Assembly: GCA_963784525.1 (NCBI GenBank)
Contig: CAWART010000020.1
Span: forward strand, 151,844 to 215,843
Origin: Candidatus Aminicenantes bacterium
GTDB taxonomy: Bacteria > Acidobacteriota > Aminicenantia > Aminicenantales > Saccharicenantaceae
Direction of reading: 5' to 3'
Length of the DNA: 64,000 bases
Part shown: in pieces, positions 18,637 through 28,014 of the stretch
Layout of the letters: every line of letters begins with the position of its first letter
Numbering within the stretch: position 1 is the stretch's first letter
Made by a program: the position numbers and the translations under genes
Notes under the pieces: model-generated
The model's input: the letters and a program-made list of their open reading frames with translations, nothing else
Told to the model about the DNA's origin: nothing
Databases searched by the model: none

Positions 18637-18880
18637 CCTGTCTGCCTTTCGCAATTCGTGCCTCGCAGCGGGATCCGCATCGTCCGGTCCCCCGGTCCGG
18701 GACGGCTTCCCGCGAGAAGGCCGGAGGGCCCGCCCCTGTGCGGGCCCCCTGACCCGGCTCATAGGATCGCAGAGGGGCACGACGGAAACAGGGCCGTCGC
18801 GCCCGCCCCGCCCTTCCGGGGGGTGACGGAGGACAGGGCTTCGAATAACGTTCTTGTTGGATACAGGCAAGGGAGATATG
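18637..18880 (-). promoter_or_regulatory. long GC-rich 5' leader of the porin/amidohydrolase operon
   Basis: About 240 nt lie between the AT-rich promoter zone and the porin ATG. The in-frame N-terminal extension is R/P/G-rich and looks non-coding. Confidence 0.3.
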
Positions 18881-18887
18881 GAATTAT

Positions 18888-18920
18888 GATATTCATAATA
18901 TTATTACGATATTAATAATA
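18888..18920. repeat. two 13-nt direct repeats GATATT(C/A)ATAATA spaced 20 nt apart, in an AT-rich divergent promoter zone
   Basis: gatattcataata at 18888-18900 and gatattaataata at 18908-18920. Confidence 0.45.
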
Positions 18921-19090
18921 CTGAAGCGGCAACCTGATTGTCAAGTCCAACGTAAAGAGCCGCGTCCCTTTTTCGAGGCCCGCGCCGTCCCGCGCCCGCT
19001 CCGAACGGCCGGGCGGTTCACGATGCCGTCGTCCTCGTCGCGGGGCTTTACTTTTCGGGACGGCCTTCGTATGATGGGCAGAACGCCGCC

Positions 19091-20522
19091 ATGGAAGACG
19101 CCAACGGTCCCCGCCTCCTCCGGAGGATGAATCTCCTCGATGCCACGTCGCTCGTCATCGGTGCCGTCATAGGGTCCGGGATCTTTCTGACGACGGGCTT
19201 CATCCTTCAGGAGCTCCCCTCCCCGGGTCTGATGCTCCTCGTCTGGATCGCCGGAGGGCTCGTCGCGGTCAGCGGTGCCCTGACGTTCGGAGAGCTCGGG
19301 GCGATGTACCCGCGCGCCGGGGGCCAGTACGTTTATATCCGTGAGGCCTACGGGCCCTGGGCCGGGTTCTTCTACGGCTGGGGTTTCTTCTGGTTCATCA
19401 TGTGCGGCGGGATCGCGGCCCTGGCCGTGGCCTTCGCCGAGTTCGTCGGCTACTTCGTCCCGGCCCTGTCCACGCAGAACGCCCTCTTCGGCTTCCGGAT
19501 GTTCGGGCACGCGTTCGCGCTCTCCGCGGGACAGCTCATCGCGGCCGCGGCCATCGTGCTCCTGACCTGGATGAACTCCTTCGGCATCCAGGCCGGGAAA
19601 ACGGACCCAGAACGTCCTGACGTTCTTCCGCGTCGGGGCCGTCCTGTTCCTCGTCGTCTTCGGACTCCTCTCGGGGAACAAGGCGGGGATCACCGGGTTC
19701 GGGGACCTGTTTCCCGCCGGCGGGGGCGGCCTCGGGGACGTCCTGAAGCATTTCGGACTGGCCCTCATCGCGGTCTTCTGGACCTTCGACGGCTGGTACT
19801 CCGTGAGCTGTACGGCCGAGGAGATCCGGAAGCCGGAGCGGAACATCCCGCTCAGCCTCCTCCTCGGGACCGTGAGCGTCACGGTCATCTATGTCCTCGT
19901 CAACGTCGTCTATATCCTCGCCCTGCCGGTCGAACGGATGACGGGCGTCGCCCGCGTCGGCGAGCTCGCCGCCACCCAGCTCTTCGGCCCCTCGGTCACC
20001 TTCTGGGTCTCGGCGGCGATCATGATCTCCATCTTCGGGTGTCTCAACGCCACGATCATTTACGGCCCGCGCGTCTTCTATGCCATGGCCGCCGACGGCG
20101 CGTTCTTCCGGAGCATGGCTTACGTCCATCCGCGCCGGCGGGTCCCGACCGTGGCCCTCTGGGGCCAGGCCCTGTGGTCGGTGATCCTCTGCCTTTCGGG
20201 CACCTACCAGGGGCTCTACGAATATGTCATTTTCGCCGTGCTCCTGTTCTTCGCGGGAACGGGATATGCCCTCATCGTCCTCCGGCGCAAGCGGCCGGAC
20301 GTCCCGAGGCCCTATCGGGCTTGGGGATATCCCTTCGTGACCCTGGCGTTCGTGGGCATCTGCCTGGTCATCTTCCTGAACACCGTCGTCTCCCAGCCCG
20401 GCAAGACCCTCGTCGGGTTCATCATCCTGGCCGCGGGCGTCCCGGCCTACCTGCGCTGGAACAAAAGGAACGCGGCCGCCGAAAAAAGGATTCCCGAGCC
20501 CGGCCCAAATGAATTAAAATAG
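19091..20522 (+). pseudogene. APC-family amino acid permease, one frameshift
   Basis: The N-terminal frame (19091) reads ...NSFGIQAGK. The C-terminal frame (as in 19803..20522) resumes at QNVLTFFRVGAVLFLVVFG. The junction is about 19598-19607. Confidence 0.85.
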
Positions 20523-20539
20523 GGCTTTCGGGAGACACG

Positions 20540-22303
20540 ATGCCCAGGAGATTCACGGTCAAGGTCCTTGCCCCGCGCGCGGAAGGCACCGCTTCGCGCG
20601 GCGATCTCCTGTCCGACGTCCTTCGGGCGGCGGGGATCCCGATGAGCCTCTATTGCGGGGGACGCGGGCTCTGCGGCAAGTGTCTCGTCCATGTCGCGCG
20701 CGGCGAGGTCTCCCCTGCCGGGGAGCAGGAGATCGCGTTCCTCCGTGGAAGAAAACCCGGACCCGGGTTCCGCCTGGCCTGCCTGACGCGGGTTCTCGGG
20801 GATATCGCCGTCACGGTTCCCGGATCGTCCCTTCTCAAGGACGTGGCGGTCCTGGACACCGGCCTCGAAGCCCCGTTCCGTCCCGATCCGGCCGTCCGCA
20901 AGCTTTCTTTCGAGGTTCCCGCGACGTACCTGTCCGATCCGGTGTCGGCCGTGGAGGCCCTCGAAAGGAAGCTCGGGAAACGCCTGCGCTATTCGGCCGG
21001 GGCGGCGGCCGGCGCGTCGGCCGGGATCGGCCGTGATGGCGGCCGCGTCTCCGTGACCGTCCTCGACGGCGACGAGCTCCTGGATGTCGAACCCGGGAAC
21101 GCCGCGACCCGCTGTTTCGGCGTCGCGGTCGATATCGGTACGAGCACGATCGTGGTCGAGCTCATCGACCTGGTTTCCGGAAGGAGGCTGGGGCGGGCGG
21201 CCGCCGTCAACGCCCAGACCGCCTTCGGCGCCGACGTCGTCTCAAGGATCACGTACGCCGGTGAGGCCGCGGGGAACCTCGAGCGGCTTGCCGATGTGCT
21301 GCGCCGGCAGATCGACGGACTGATCGCCGGCCTCGCCCGCGAACACGGCGTTGGCCCCGGGCATATCTACGAGATCGTTGCCGCCGGAAACACGGCCATG
21401 AACCATATCTTCGCCGGCGTCCCCGTGACGACGCTCGCCGCCGCCCCCTATGGCGCCGCGTTCGCGAAAGGGCCGTCGGTCGGAGCGGCGGACCTCGGGC
21501 TTTCGGTCCACCCCCGCTGCCGGGTCCACCTCGCGCCCAACCTCAAGAGCTTTGTCGGGGGGGATATCGCGGCCGGCATCTCGGCCTTGGACCTGGCGGC
21601 CCGGCCCGGCAACGTCCTGTTCATCGATCTGGGGACCAACGGCGAGATCGTCCTGAAGAAAGGGACGCGGACGACGGCGACATCGACCGCCGCGGGCCCG
21701 GCTTTCGAGGGCATGACCATCGGCTGCGGGATGCTGGCCGTACCCGGAGCCGTGTGCGCCGTCCGTTGGCGGAACGGTCCGGCGGTCCGGACGATCGGCG
21801 GGGCCCCGGCCCGCGGCGTGTGCGGCACGGGGCTCATCGACATCCTCGCCGTCGGGCTCCGGCACGGCCTTGTCTCCGCGGACGGAAGGATCCAGGCCGC
21901 TTCGCGTTCGATCCCGGTGGCCTCCGGCATCTCCCTGACCCAGCGGGACATCCGGAATCTTCAGCTGGCCGTCGCGGCCATCAGGACGGGCGTCCGGCTG
22001 ATGCTCGCGGACGCCGGGATCACGGTCGCCGACCTCGACCGGCTCTTTGTCGCCGGCGCGTTCGGCGCCTCCCTCGACGTCCGGAACGCCATGTCCATCG
22101 GGCTCCTCCCCTCGATGGCCGCGTCCCGTATCGCGTTCGTCGGCAATGCGTCGCTGGCGGGCGCGCGGAAGCTCCTCCTGTCGCTTCCCGAGCGGAGGAA
22201 GATCGAAGCGTTCGCCCGGAAGGTCAGGCACGTGTCCCTGGCCTCCTGCCCGGGCTTCCAAAAGGAATTCATCAGGGCCTTGAAACTGGAACCCTATAAG
22301 TGA
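20540..22303 (+). CDS. RACo-type reductive activase of corrinoid proteins (2Fe-2S ferredoxin + ASKHA ATPase)
   Basis: 587 aa. N-terminal YCGGRGLCGKC...RLAC (C-x5-C-x2-C...C) followed by DIGTSTIVVE and DLGTNGEIV phosphate-binding motifs. Confidence 0.8.
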   Translation: MPRRFTVKVLAPRAEGTASRGDLLSDVLRAAGIPMSLYCGGRGLCGKCLVHVARGEVSPAGEQEIAFLRGRKPGPGFRLACLTRVLGDIAVTVPGSSLLKDVAVLDTGLEAPFRPDPAVRKLSFEVPATYLSDPVSAVEALERKLGKRLRYSAGAAAGASAGIGRDGGRVSVTVLDGDELLDVEPGNAATRCFGVAVDIGTSTIVVELIDLVSGRRLGRAAAVNAQTAFGADVVSRITYAGEAAGNLERLADVLRRQIDGLIAGLAREHGVGPGHIYEIVAAGNTAMNHIFAGVPVTTLAAAPYGAAFAKGPSVGAADLGLSVHPRCRVHLAPNLKSFVGGDIAAGISALDLAARPGNVLFIDLGTNGEIVLKKGTRTTATSTAAGPAFEGMTIGCGMLAVPGAVCAVRWRNGPAVRTIGGAPARGVCGTGLIDILAVGLRHGLVSADGRIQAASRSIPVASGISLTQRDIRNLQLAVAAIRTGVRLMLADAGITVADLDRLFVAGAFGASLDVRNAMSIGLLPSMAASRIAFVGNASLAGARKLLLSLPERRKIEAFARKVRHVSLASCPGFQKEFIRALKLEPYK

Positions 22304-22311
22304 GGACCGAT

Positions 22312-23208
22312 ATGAGCCGAACCATTCTCGATCTCGTCAAAGAGCGACCCGTCCTCCTCGACGGCGGCCTGGGCACGGAGCTCATCCGCCGCGGCCTGCC
22401 GCAGGGGGCGTGCCCCGAGTCCTGGAACGTGGAGCGGCCGGAGGCCGTCCGGTCCGTCCACGCGGGCTATTTCGAGGCCGGAGCCGACGCCGTGTCGACC
22501 AACAGTTTCGGCGGGAGCCGCATCAAGCTCGCCGCCCATGGTCTCGGGGCCCGGGCCGCGGAGCTCAACCTCGCGGCGGCCCGTGTCGCCCGGGAGGCCG
22601 CCCCGGCGGGCGGTTTCGTGGCCGGAAGCATCGGGCCGACGGGCAAGTTCCTCAAGCCCCAGGGCGAATTCACGGAAGCCGAGTTCGAAGAGGCCTTCGC
22701 CGAACAGGCCGGGGCGCTCGCCCTCGGCGGGGTCGATCTCCTGATCGTCGAAACGCAATACGACCTTCGGGAAGCCCTGGCGGCGTTGCGGGCGGCCCGG
22801 TCCGCGGCCCCCTCCCTGCCCGTATTCGTCACCCTGACCTTCAATGCCTACCCCCGCGGGTACTTCACGCTCATGGGGAACAGCGTGACCGCCGCCGTCG
22901 AAGCCCTGGAAAAGGTAGGGGTCTCGGCCGTCGGCGCCAATTGTACGCTGGACAGCCGGGAGATGGTCGGGCTGGTGCGGGCCTTCCGGCAGGCGACGCG
23001 CCTCCCGGTCGTCGCCCAGGCCAATGCGGGGAAGCCCGCCCTCGAAGCCGACGGCGGGGTCTCCTATTCCCAGAGCCTTGAAGAGTACGTCGGGTTCATC
23101 CCGGCCATCCTCGAGGCCGGGGCGAACGTCATCGGCGGCTGTTGCGGGACCGGCCCCGACCATATCAGGAAGATGTCGGAACTCGTCCATAGAAGCAAGA
23201 TCGGCTAA
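22312..23208 (+). CDS. stand-alone homocysteine S-methyltransferase domain protein (MetH N-terminal-module-like)
   Basis: Contains LLDGGLGTEL, GANCT and GGCCGTGPDHI (Zn-thiolate Cys triad). ATG at 22312 is preceded by GAGGA. Confidence 0.85.
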   Translation: MSRTILDLVKERPVLLDGGLGTELIRRGLPQGACPESWNVERPEAVRSVHAGYFEAGADAVSTNSFGGSRIKLAAHGLGARAAELNLAAARVAREAAPAGGFVAGSIGPTGKFLKPQGEFTEAEFEEAFAEQAGALALGGVDLLIVETQYDLREALAALRAARSAAPSLPVFVTLTFNAYPRGYFTLMGNSVTAAVEALEKVGVSAVGANCTLDSREMVGLVRAFRQATRLPVVAQANAGKPALEADGGVSYSQSLEEYVGFIPAILEAGANVIGGCCGTGPDHIRKMSELVHRSKIG

Positions 23209-23219
23209 AGGAGAGAAGC

Positions 23220-23870
23220 ATGAAAAAGGAAGAATTGTATCGGAGCATCCAAAAGGCCATCGTCGACGGCGACAGGCCTGCGGCCCGGGAGCTGGCCCTC
23301 GAGTCCGTGCGCCTGGGGCTGGACCTCAACGAGGTCATCGATCAGGGTTACGTCCCCGGCATCCAGGAGGTCGGCGAGCTGTGGGAGAAGGGCGAATATT
23401 TCCTGCCCGAGCTCATCACCAGCGCCGAGTGCATGAAGGCGGCCATGGACGTTCTCCAGCCGGAGATGGCCAAGACTCAGGTCAAATCGCGTTCGCTGGG
23501 CAAGGTCGTGATCGGGACCGTCGAGGGAGACATCCACGACATCGGGAAGAACCTGGTGGCCTCGATGCTCCAGGCCAACGGATTCGAGGTCTTCGATCTC
23601 GGCGCCGACGTCAAGCTCGAGCGCTTCATCGAGAAGGCCCGGGCCGAAGGGGCGGACCTCATCTGCCTCTCGGCCCTTCTGACGACGACCATGCTCAACC
23701 AGAAGCGGTTCCTCGAGCTCCTGGGGAAGCAGGGGCTCTCCGGGAAGTACAAGGTCCTCGTGGGCGGGGCCCCCGCCACGCGGAAGTGGGCCGAGGACAT
23801 CGGGGCCCAGGGATACGCCGAGAACGCCGCCGCGGCCGTCAAAGTGGCCAAGGCGCTGATGGGGAGATGA
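23220..23870 (+). CDS. corrinoid (cobalamin-binding) protein
   Basis: 216 aa with a B12-binding_2 cap followed by GDIHDIGKN (DxHxxG), SALLTTT and VLVGGAP. Confidence 0.9.
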   Translation: MKKEELYRSIQKAIVDGDRPAARELALESVRLGLDLNEVIDQGYVPGIQEVGELWEKGEYFLPELITSAECMKAAMDVLQPEMAKTQVKSRSLGKVVIGTVEGDIHDIGKNLVASMLQANGFEVFDLGADVKLERFIEKARAEGADLICLSALLTTTMLNQKRFLELLGKQGLSGKYKVLVGGAPATRKWAEDIGAQGYAENAAAAVKVAKALMGR

Positions 23871-25338
23871 CCATGATCGCCACGACCCGACCGAAGCTCC
23901 AGCTCCTGAGCCCGGAATTCATCGCGAAGATCGTCGACGAGGCCTACCAGCTCCTCGAGAAGCAGGGCCTCTTCGTCGAGAACCCGGAGGCCCTGGACCT
24001 GCTCGCCGCCGCGGGACAGAAGGTCGACGCCGCCTCCGCGCGCGCCCATCTCGGCCGGCGGCTCATCGAGGACTGCCTGGCGACGACGCCCGAGGTCGTC
24101 CGGATGTACGATCGCACGGGGACGAAGGAATACGTCGTCGGCGGCGACGAGGTCCACTTCGATCCCGGCTCCGCCGCCGTGTCCATGCTCGATCATGCCA
24201 CGGGGTCCGAGCGGAAGGCCGTGACCGGGGACCTCGTCCGGCTTTACGACCTCGTCGAAACCCTCGGGAACCTGGACTTCCAGAGCACCGCCCTCGTCAG
24301 CTCGGACGTCCCCCTCCCGGTCGCCGACGCCTACCGGCTCTACCTCGGGCTCCTGCGCTCGTCCAAGCCCTTCGTCACCGGGCTGTTCCGCGTCGAATCC
24401 TTCAAGCCCATGCGCGACATGCTCGTCGCGGTCCGGGGAAGCGCCGCGGAACTCGCGGCCAAGCCGCTGGCCATATTCGACGCCTGCCCTTCCCCTCCCC
24501 TCAAGTGGAGCCATCTGACCACCCAGAGCCTCATCGACGCGGCGCGGGCCGGCATTCCGAGCGAGACCATCTCCATGAGCCTCACCGGGGCCACTTCGCT
24601 CGTGACCCTCGCCGGGACGCCCTCGTCCAGCACGTCGCCGAGAGCCTGGGCGGCGTCGTCATCTGCCAGCTGGCCAAGAAGGGCGCGCCGGTCATCTTCG
24701 GCGGCTCCCCGGCGAGCTTCGACATGCGCAAGGGGACGACGCCGATGGGGGCGATCGAGACGATGATGATCGACTCCGCCTATGCCCAGATCGCCAAGTC
24801 GCTCCGGCTCCCCTCGCACGCCTACATGGGCCTTTCCGACTCCAAGGTCAACGACGCCCAGGCCGGTCTCGAGTCCGGGATCGGGGCGGTCCTGGCCGCC
24901 CTGTCCGGGATCAACGTCATCTCCGGGCCGGGCATGCTCGACTTCGAGAGCAGTCAGAGCCTGGAGAAGCTCGTCATCGACGACGAGATCTGCGGCATGG
25001 CCAAGAGGCTCGTCCGCGGCATCGAGCAGAGGGACGAGATCCTCGCCCTCGACAAGTTCGAGGCCATCGCGGCGGGCGCGCCGTTCCTGTCCCTGCCCCA
25101 CACGCGTCAATGGTACCGGAAGGAGCACAGCTTCCCGGGGATCATCGACCGGGACACCTACGAAGCCTGGGTCGCCCTCGGCCGGAAGGATATGGACCAG
25201 CGGGCGGCCGACGATGTCGCGCGCAGGCTCGGGGCGGGCCCTTCGGGCCTCCTGGATCCCAAAAAGGCCGGCGACCTCAAGAAGATCATGGAAGGCTACG
25301 CCTCGGCGAACGGGGCCTCGTCCCTCCCCGGGATCTGA
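23867..25338 (+). pseudogene. MttB-superfamily (non-pyrrolysine) methyltransferase, one frameshift
   Basis: MTMIATTRPKLQLLSPEFIAKIVDEAY... runs to ...TGATSLVTLAG, then ALVQHVAESLGGVVICQLAKKGAPVIFGG continues in the frame of 24505..25338. The junction is at GGG 24614-16. No in-frame TAG. Alternative start at 23873. Confidence 0.85.
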
Positions 25339-25383
25339 CGGTGAGGGTTTCGAGGCTCCACCGGGCGCGCCCGGGAGGGTGAC

Positions 25384-26007
25384 GTGCCCCGTCCGCTGGA
25401 AACGCCGCACCTCCTCCCGGTGGTCTTCGAGGAGAGAAAGGTGCTCTTTCGCCTCGGCTACCGGAAGCCGTCCGCCGGCGTGAGCGCCGACGTCCGGGCC
25501 CTTGTCGGAGAGGAGACCGAACGGGCCCGGTCGCTCGTCAGTCCGGGCGTCGCCGCCGCCCTCCTGGAAAAGGCCGAGCTCCCCGACCACCCGATATTCC
25601 GCGGCGCCGAAAGGGCCGGCCTGTGTGTTTGTACGATCGGCCCGGATCTCGAAGCCGCCGCGGCGCGATTGATGAGGGAGGGGGAACTGCTTCGCGGCCT
25701 CGTTCTGGATTGGCTGGGGTCCGAAGCGGTCACGAACATCTCCCGGCAGGCAGAAGCCTGGCTGGCCGGGGAAGGCCGGGCCGATGGGCTTTGGCCGAGC
25801 CGGATGTTCGCTCCGGGCGATAAGGGCTGGGACATTTCCGGCCAGGAGTTCATCTTCGCGTCCGTGCCGGCGTCGACGATCGGCGTGAGCTTGTCCGGAT
25901 CCTTCATGATGACGCCGCGGAAGTCCTTCTCGTTCCGGGTCAATTACAGCAAGGACAGGAAGCCGTCGACCCGGAAGGGAAGCCGGGGCGAGTGCGGGAG
26001 CGGGTGA
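25384..26007 (+). CDS. MetH activation-domain-like protein (vitamin-B12-dependent methionine synthase activation region)
   Basis: 207 aa with a GTG start. Contains GLCVCTIGPDLE...LRGLVLDWLGSEAV...APGDKGWDISGQ, resembling the reactivation module. Confidence 0.6.
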   Translation: MPRPLETPHLLPVVFEERKVLFRLGYRKPSAGVSADVRALVGEETERARSLVSPGVAAALLEKAELPDHPIFRGAERAGLCVCTIGPDLEAAAARLMREGELLRGLVLDWLGSEAVTNISRQAEAWLAGEGRADGLWPSRMFAPGDKGWDISGQEFIFASVPASTIGVSLSGSFMMTPRKSFSFRVNYSKDRKPSTRKGSRGECGSG

Positions 26008-26016
26008 CGCCCGAGG

Positions 26017-27417
26017 CTAGGAGAGCTCGAACTCCTGCAGATACTCCGGGACGGTGACCTGCCAGCCCCGGTCGCGGCGGAGCTCTTCGGCCAGGGCGAG
26101 CGGGACCTCTTTTTCGCCGTGCGTCAGGAACAGCCGCCGCGGCGGTGTCTCGAGGGCGTCCAGCCAGCGGAAGAGGCCCCTCCGGTCGGCGTGGGCCGAG
26201 AAGCCCAGGATCTTTTCGACGCGGGCCCGGACCGGCCACGTCTCGCCGAGGATCCGAACGGCGGGGTTCCCTTCCAGGATCTGGCGCCCGAGCGTCTCCT
26301 TCGCCTGGAACCCGACGAACAGGATGGTCGAATCGGGCCGGGAGATGTTCCGGACCAGGTGTTGTTTGATGCGGCCTCCCGTGCACATCCCGGAGCCGGC
26401 CATGATGACGCACGACCCCCGAATGGCGTTGATAGCCTTGGATTCCTCGCTCTTCCGGATGAGCTTCAGCCCCGGGAAATCGAAGGGCCTCTTCCCCGCC
26501 CGGAAGAGGGCTTGCGTCTCGTCGTCCAGGCTCTCCAGATGGCTTTCGAAGACTCCCGTCACGTCCACGGCCATGGGGCTGTCGAGGAACATCAGGACGG
26601 GAGGGATCCGCTTTTCGCGGCGGAGCCGGCTGAAGTGGAACATCAGCTCCTGGGCCCGTTCGATGGCGAACGTGGGGATGACGACGTTCCCGCCGGCGGC
26701 AACGGTTTTCGAGATGATGTCGGCGAGCAGGCTCTCGACGTCCTTCGTGTCTTCGTGGTTCCTGTCGCCATAGGTCGTCTCCATGACGACATAATCGGCC
26801 CTGGGAAAGACGGACGGGTCCCGGACGAGGGGCTTGTTCCACTGTCCGATGTCGCCGGAAAAGACCAGGGACCGGGCGTCGCCGCCTTTCCCGGCCCTGA
26901 CCTCGATCATGGACGACCCCAGGATGTGGCCGGCGTCGTGGAACGTCACGGAGAGCCCCCCGGGGAGCTCCCGGGCCTGTCCGTAGGGAACGGTCTCGAC
27001 GAGGGGGAGGGTCCTTTCGACGTCGTCCGTCGTGTAAAGGGGCACCTCGTCGTGGGGCCCGCGTCTTCCCTCCCGGGCGTGACGTTTCTTCTTGTAGGCC
27101 GCGTCCTCTTCCTGGAGCCGGGCCGAGTCGCCGAGCACGATGGGCAGGAGGTCGGCCGTGGCCGGGGTCGTCATGACGGGTCCGGAGAATCCCTGGCGGA
27201 CGAGGCGCGGGAGGAGCCCCGAATGGTCGAGATGGACGTGCGTCAGGAGGACGGCATCGATGCGGCCGGGCGGGATCGGAAAAGGCGCCCAGTTCCTTTC
27301 AAGGAACTGTCGCTCCTGGTAGAGCCCGCAGTCGACGAGGACGGTGGACCCGTCGGCTTCGACGGCATAGCAGGAGCCGGTGACCTGACGGGCCGCGCCC
27401 AGGAAACTCAGCCGCAT
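26017..27417 (-). CDS. MBL-fold beta-CASP ribonuclease/hydrolase
   Basis: Start at MRLSFLGAARQVTGSC (27417). Contains THVHLDHSG, and the beta-CASP region ends in GFSAHAD. Confidence 0.85.
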   Translation of the reverse strand: MRLSFLGAARQVTGSCYAVEADGSTVLVDCGLYQERQFLERNWAPFPIPPGRIDAVLLTHVHLDHSGLLPRLVRQGFSGPVMTTPATADLLPIVLGDSARLQEEDAAYKKKRHAREGRRGPHDEVPLYTTDDVERTLPLVETVPYGQARELPGGLSVTFHDAGHILGSSMIEVRAGKGGDARSLVFSGDIGQWNKPLVRDPSVFPRADYVVMETTYGDRNHEDTKDVESLLADIISKTVAAGGNVVIPTFAIERAQELMFHFSRLRREKRIPPVLMFLDSPMAVDVTGVFESHLESLDDETQALFRAGKRPFDFPGLKLIRKSEESKAINAIRGSCVIMAGSGMCTGGRIKQHLVRNISRPDSTILFVGFQAKETLGRQILEGNPAVRILGETWPVRARVEKILGFSAHADRRGLFRWLDALETPPRRLFLTHGEKEVPLALAEELRRDRGWQVTVPEYLQEFELS

Positions 27418-27422
27418 GGCGC

Positions 27423-27884
27423 TCAGGCCTTCCTCTCGACCCAGTCTTCCCAGCTCGCGAGGCGCGGAAAATACATGAAGACCAGAACCATGGAGACCGC
27501 CAGCAGGGCGTAGAAGTCCTTGTTCAGCCCGCCGAGGAGGAAGAGGACGAGGCCGAGAAGGGCCGGGACCTCGCTCAGGCACAGGGTGACGACCGCCGTG
27601 CGGACGAGCTTCAGGACCGTGGCCCGGGCGTCGTCCCCGGGGGCGCGCCGGAGGAGGATCCCCTGGAGGAGCCTGGTCGCAAGGACCTCGACGACGGCGA
27701 GACCGTAGAAGATGTAGCGGAGGGTCGCGATCCCGGCCAGGGCCGCGATCCCCCGGAACGGCCCCATCCTGGCCCGCAGGACCTCGACGACGACGAGATA
27801 GACGAAGAGGCTGGCGATGATCGCGATGCCGATGATCGACGCGGTCCTGTGCGACCGCCTCAGTTCCTCGCGGACATTCTCCAT
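27423..27884 (-). CDS. hypothetical membrane protein (about 4 TM segments)
   Basis: ATG at 27884 with an AGGAGA RBS. Hydrophobic segments include IIGIAIIASLFVYLVVV and LLGLVLFLLGG. Confidence 0.55.
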   Translation of the reverse strand: MENVREELRRSHRTASIIGIAIIASLFVYLVVVEVLRARMGPFRGIAALAGIATLRYIFYGLAVVEVLATRLLQGILLRRAPGDDARATVLKLVRTAVVTLCLSEVPALLGLVLFLLGGLNKDFYALLAVSMVLVFMYFPRLASWEDWVERKA

Positions 27885-27959
27885 GGCGCCTCTCCTTTCC
27901 TCGGGGATACGCCGATTATAGGAGAATCGCGTCGGGGATACAACCGGCCGCCGGGGCGA

Positions 27960-27988
27960 TTGACAATGCGGCGCGGGGAGAGTAAAGA
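27960..27988 (+). promoter_or_regulatory. putative promoter of the alpha/beta hydrolase gene
   Basis: TTGACA (27960-65), N17, TAAAGA (27983-88), followed by a GGGAGA RBS before the ATG at 28015. Confidence 0.3.
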
Positions 27989-28014
27989 CTTGGGTTTGAC
28001 GAAGGGAGAAGACG

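Noticed and set aside
23867-25338. Pyrrolysine (in-frame UAG) in the MttB homolog as the cause of the split ORF.
   Set aside because: There is no in-frame TAG. The two halves lie in different frames and join at a GGG run (24614-16), so this is a frameshift in a non-Pyl family member.
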